Source of the DNA: Pirellulaceae bacterium | GTDB lineage: Bacteria > Planctomycetota > Planctomycetia > Pirellulales > Pirellulaceae | Reading direction: 5' to 3' | Length of the DNA stretch: 25,415 bases | NCBI GenBank assembly: GCA_035649415.1 | Contig: DASRJP010000151.1 | Span: 1-25,415, forward strand | Shown: one piece after another, positions 24,510 through 25,415 of the stretch | Numbering within the stretch: position 1 is the stretch's first letter | Layout of the letters: each line of letters begins with the position of its first letter | Made by a program: the position numbers and the translations under genes | The notes under the pieces: generated by a model | Database searches by the model: none | Told to the model about the DNA's origin: nothing | Seen by the model: only the letters and a program-made list of their open reading frames with translations

Positions 24510-25415
24510 TTATTCGCCGCCTACGGCCCGCTGGAGTTCCGCCTGGCGCTGGTGATAGGCGACCGCGGCTTCCTGTTCCTTTTCGCGCAGCTCGATGAGC
24601 TGCCGCTGCGCCATGGCCAGGTCGAGGAACGTCGCCTTGGCGTTTTCGTAGTTGGCCCGCGTCGCCTCGACATTGAGCTGTGCCGAGGGAATCAGCTTCT
24701 GCCGGTAGAGTTCCGACGACTGACGCGTCTCTTCCAGCCGCTCGTACGCCTGCTGGACTTCGTACTGAATGTCGAGTTGCTTCTGCTCGTATTCGGCGAC
24801 CCGCTGGCTGAGGCGGAACTCGGCTTCGCTCACCGCAGCGTGCCGTTTGCGGCGATAGAGCGGGATGTTGAGCCCCACCCCGACCTGCCCCCACATCTCC
24901 TTCTCCGGCATCATGGCGTTATACGCGCCGATCACGTCGACGTCGGGGTAGTACTGCTTGTAGGTCAACTCGAGCGACGCCTGTTCGGCCTCGATGCGGT
25001 GTGCTAGTGCCGCCAGGTCCTGCCGCTGCAAAAGCGCCTGACTCATCAGCAATGGCGTCTCATCGGCGGGATCCAACTCGGGGAGTGCCGCCGGCGCTGG
25101 CAGCGGCGCATCCGGTTGCCGTCGCAAGAGCGTATTGATCCGCGCGACGGCGACGCGCTCCATCCGCTTCAGTTCGAGCTGTCGCCGCGCCAAGTCGGCC
25201 AGTTCCACGTCAGCCTGCAGCACATCCTGCTGCGTGACCAAATTCGTTTGATACCGCACCTGGGCGGTCTCGCGGAGCTGCGTCAGAAGCTCGGTGCTCT
25301 CGCCATTGAGCCGTACCAACTGTCGCACCAGGTAATAGTCGTAAAACGCCATCTGCGTCATCAGCGCCAGTTGAACGCGGGCATCTTCCGCATCGTGGAA
25401 CGCGGCATCGGCCTC
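24510..25415 (-). CDS. outer-membrane efflux protein (TolC/OprM family), C-terminal part; the 5' end lies beyond the window
   Basis: OEP-type coiled-coil repeat (LELTYKQYYPDVDVIGAYNAMMPE ... QLNVEATRANYENAKATFLDLAMAQRQLIELREKEQEAAVAYHQRQAELQRA). The reading frame stays open upstream of Met 25361 to the window edge (EADAAFHDAEDARVQLAL precedes it). Confidence 0.75.
   Translation of the reverse strand, partial: EADAAFHDAEDARVQLALMTQMAFYDYYLVRQLVRLNGESTELLTQLRETAQVRYQTNLVTQQDVLQADVELADLARRQLELKRMERVAVARINTLLRRQPDAPLPAPAALPELDPADETPLLMSQALLQRQDLAALAHRIEAEQASLELTYKQYYPDVDVIGAYNAMMPEKEMWGQVGVGLNIPLYRRKRHAAVSEAEFRLSQRVAEYEQKQLDIQYEVQQAYERLEETRQSSELYRQKLIPSAQLNVEATRANYENAKATFLDLAMAQRQLIELREKEQEAAVAYHQRQAELQRAVGGE

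Overview
This is a high-GC (about 60-65%) bacterial chromosomal segment, most consistent with a Planctomycetota (Pirellulales-like) genome. That placement is an inference from several features: a SecDF fusion carrying a K/A/E/P-rich low-complexity insert, a TPR protein with RpoA alphaCTD-like domains, Tat and lipoprotein signal peptides, and frequent GTG/TTG starts with GTGA gene overlaps. The content is almost entirely housekeeping. In order it contains: tilS(-); rny(+)-ymdB(+); a DUF2752 membrane protein(+) and a lipoprotein(+); a large vWA membrane protein(-); a Tat-secreted alpha/beta hydrolase(+); a LysM protein(-); the conserved tgt-yajC-secDF cluster(-); a TPR + 2x alphaCTD protein(-); tRNA-Thr(-); a long structured leader followed by a DAGK-like lipid kinase, kdsA and a large TPR lipoprotein, all coupled by GTGA overlaps(+); an HNH endonuclease(+); an SPFH/band-7 protein(-); tRNA-Lys(-) and tRNA-Cys(-); and the 3' part of a TolC-like outer-membrane efflux protein(-), which runs off the window edge. 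There is no CRISPR array, transposase, integrase or recognisable defence operon. The most unusual signals are non-coding. (i) A 24-nt hairpin-forming repeat, consensus CGGCACACGGAGTGTGCCTACTAC, is present in 5 copies and sits at gene boundaries, as inverted pairs (3493-3553 and 23422-23592) and as a solo copy (24486-24509); I read it as a REP/BIME-like or MITE-like element family. (ii) Two tandem GAAC-N12-GTTC palindromes lie directly against the tgt start codon. (iii) A leader of about 460 nt with nested inverted repeats and a terminator-like hairpin precedes the lipid-kinase/kdsA/lipoprotein unit. (iv) One protein carries TPR repeats followed by two RpoA alpha-CTD domains. All calls are from reading the sequence; no database search was run.
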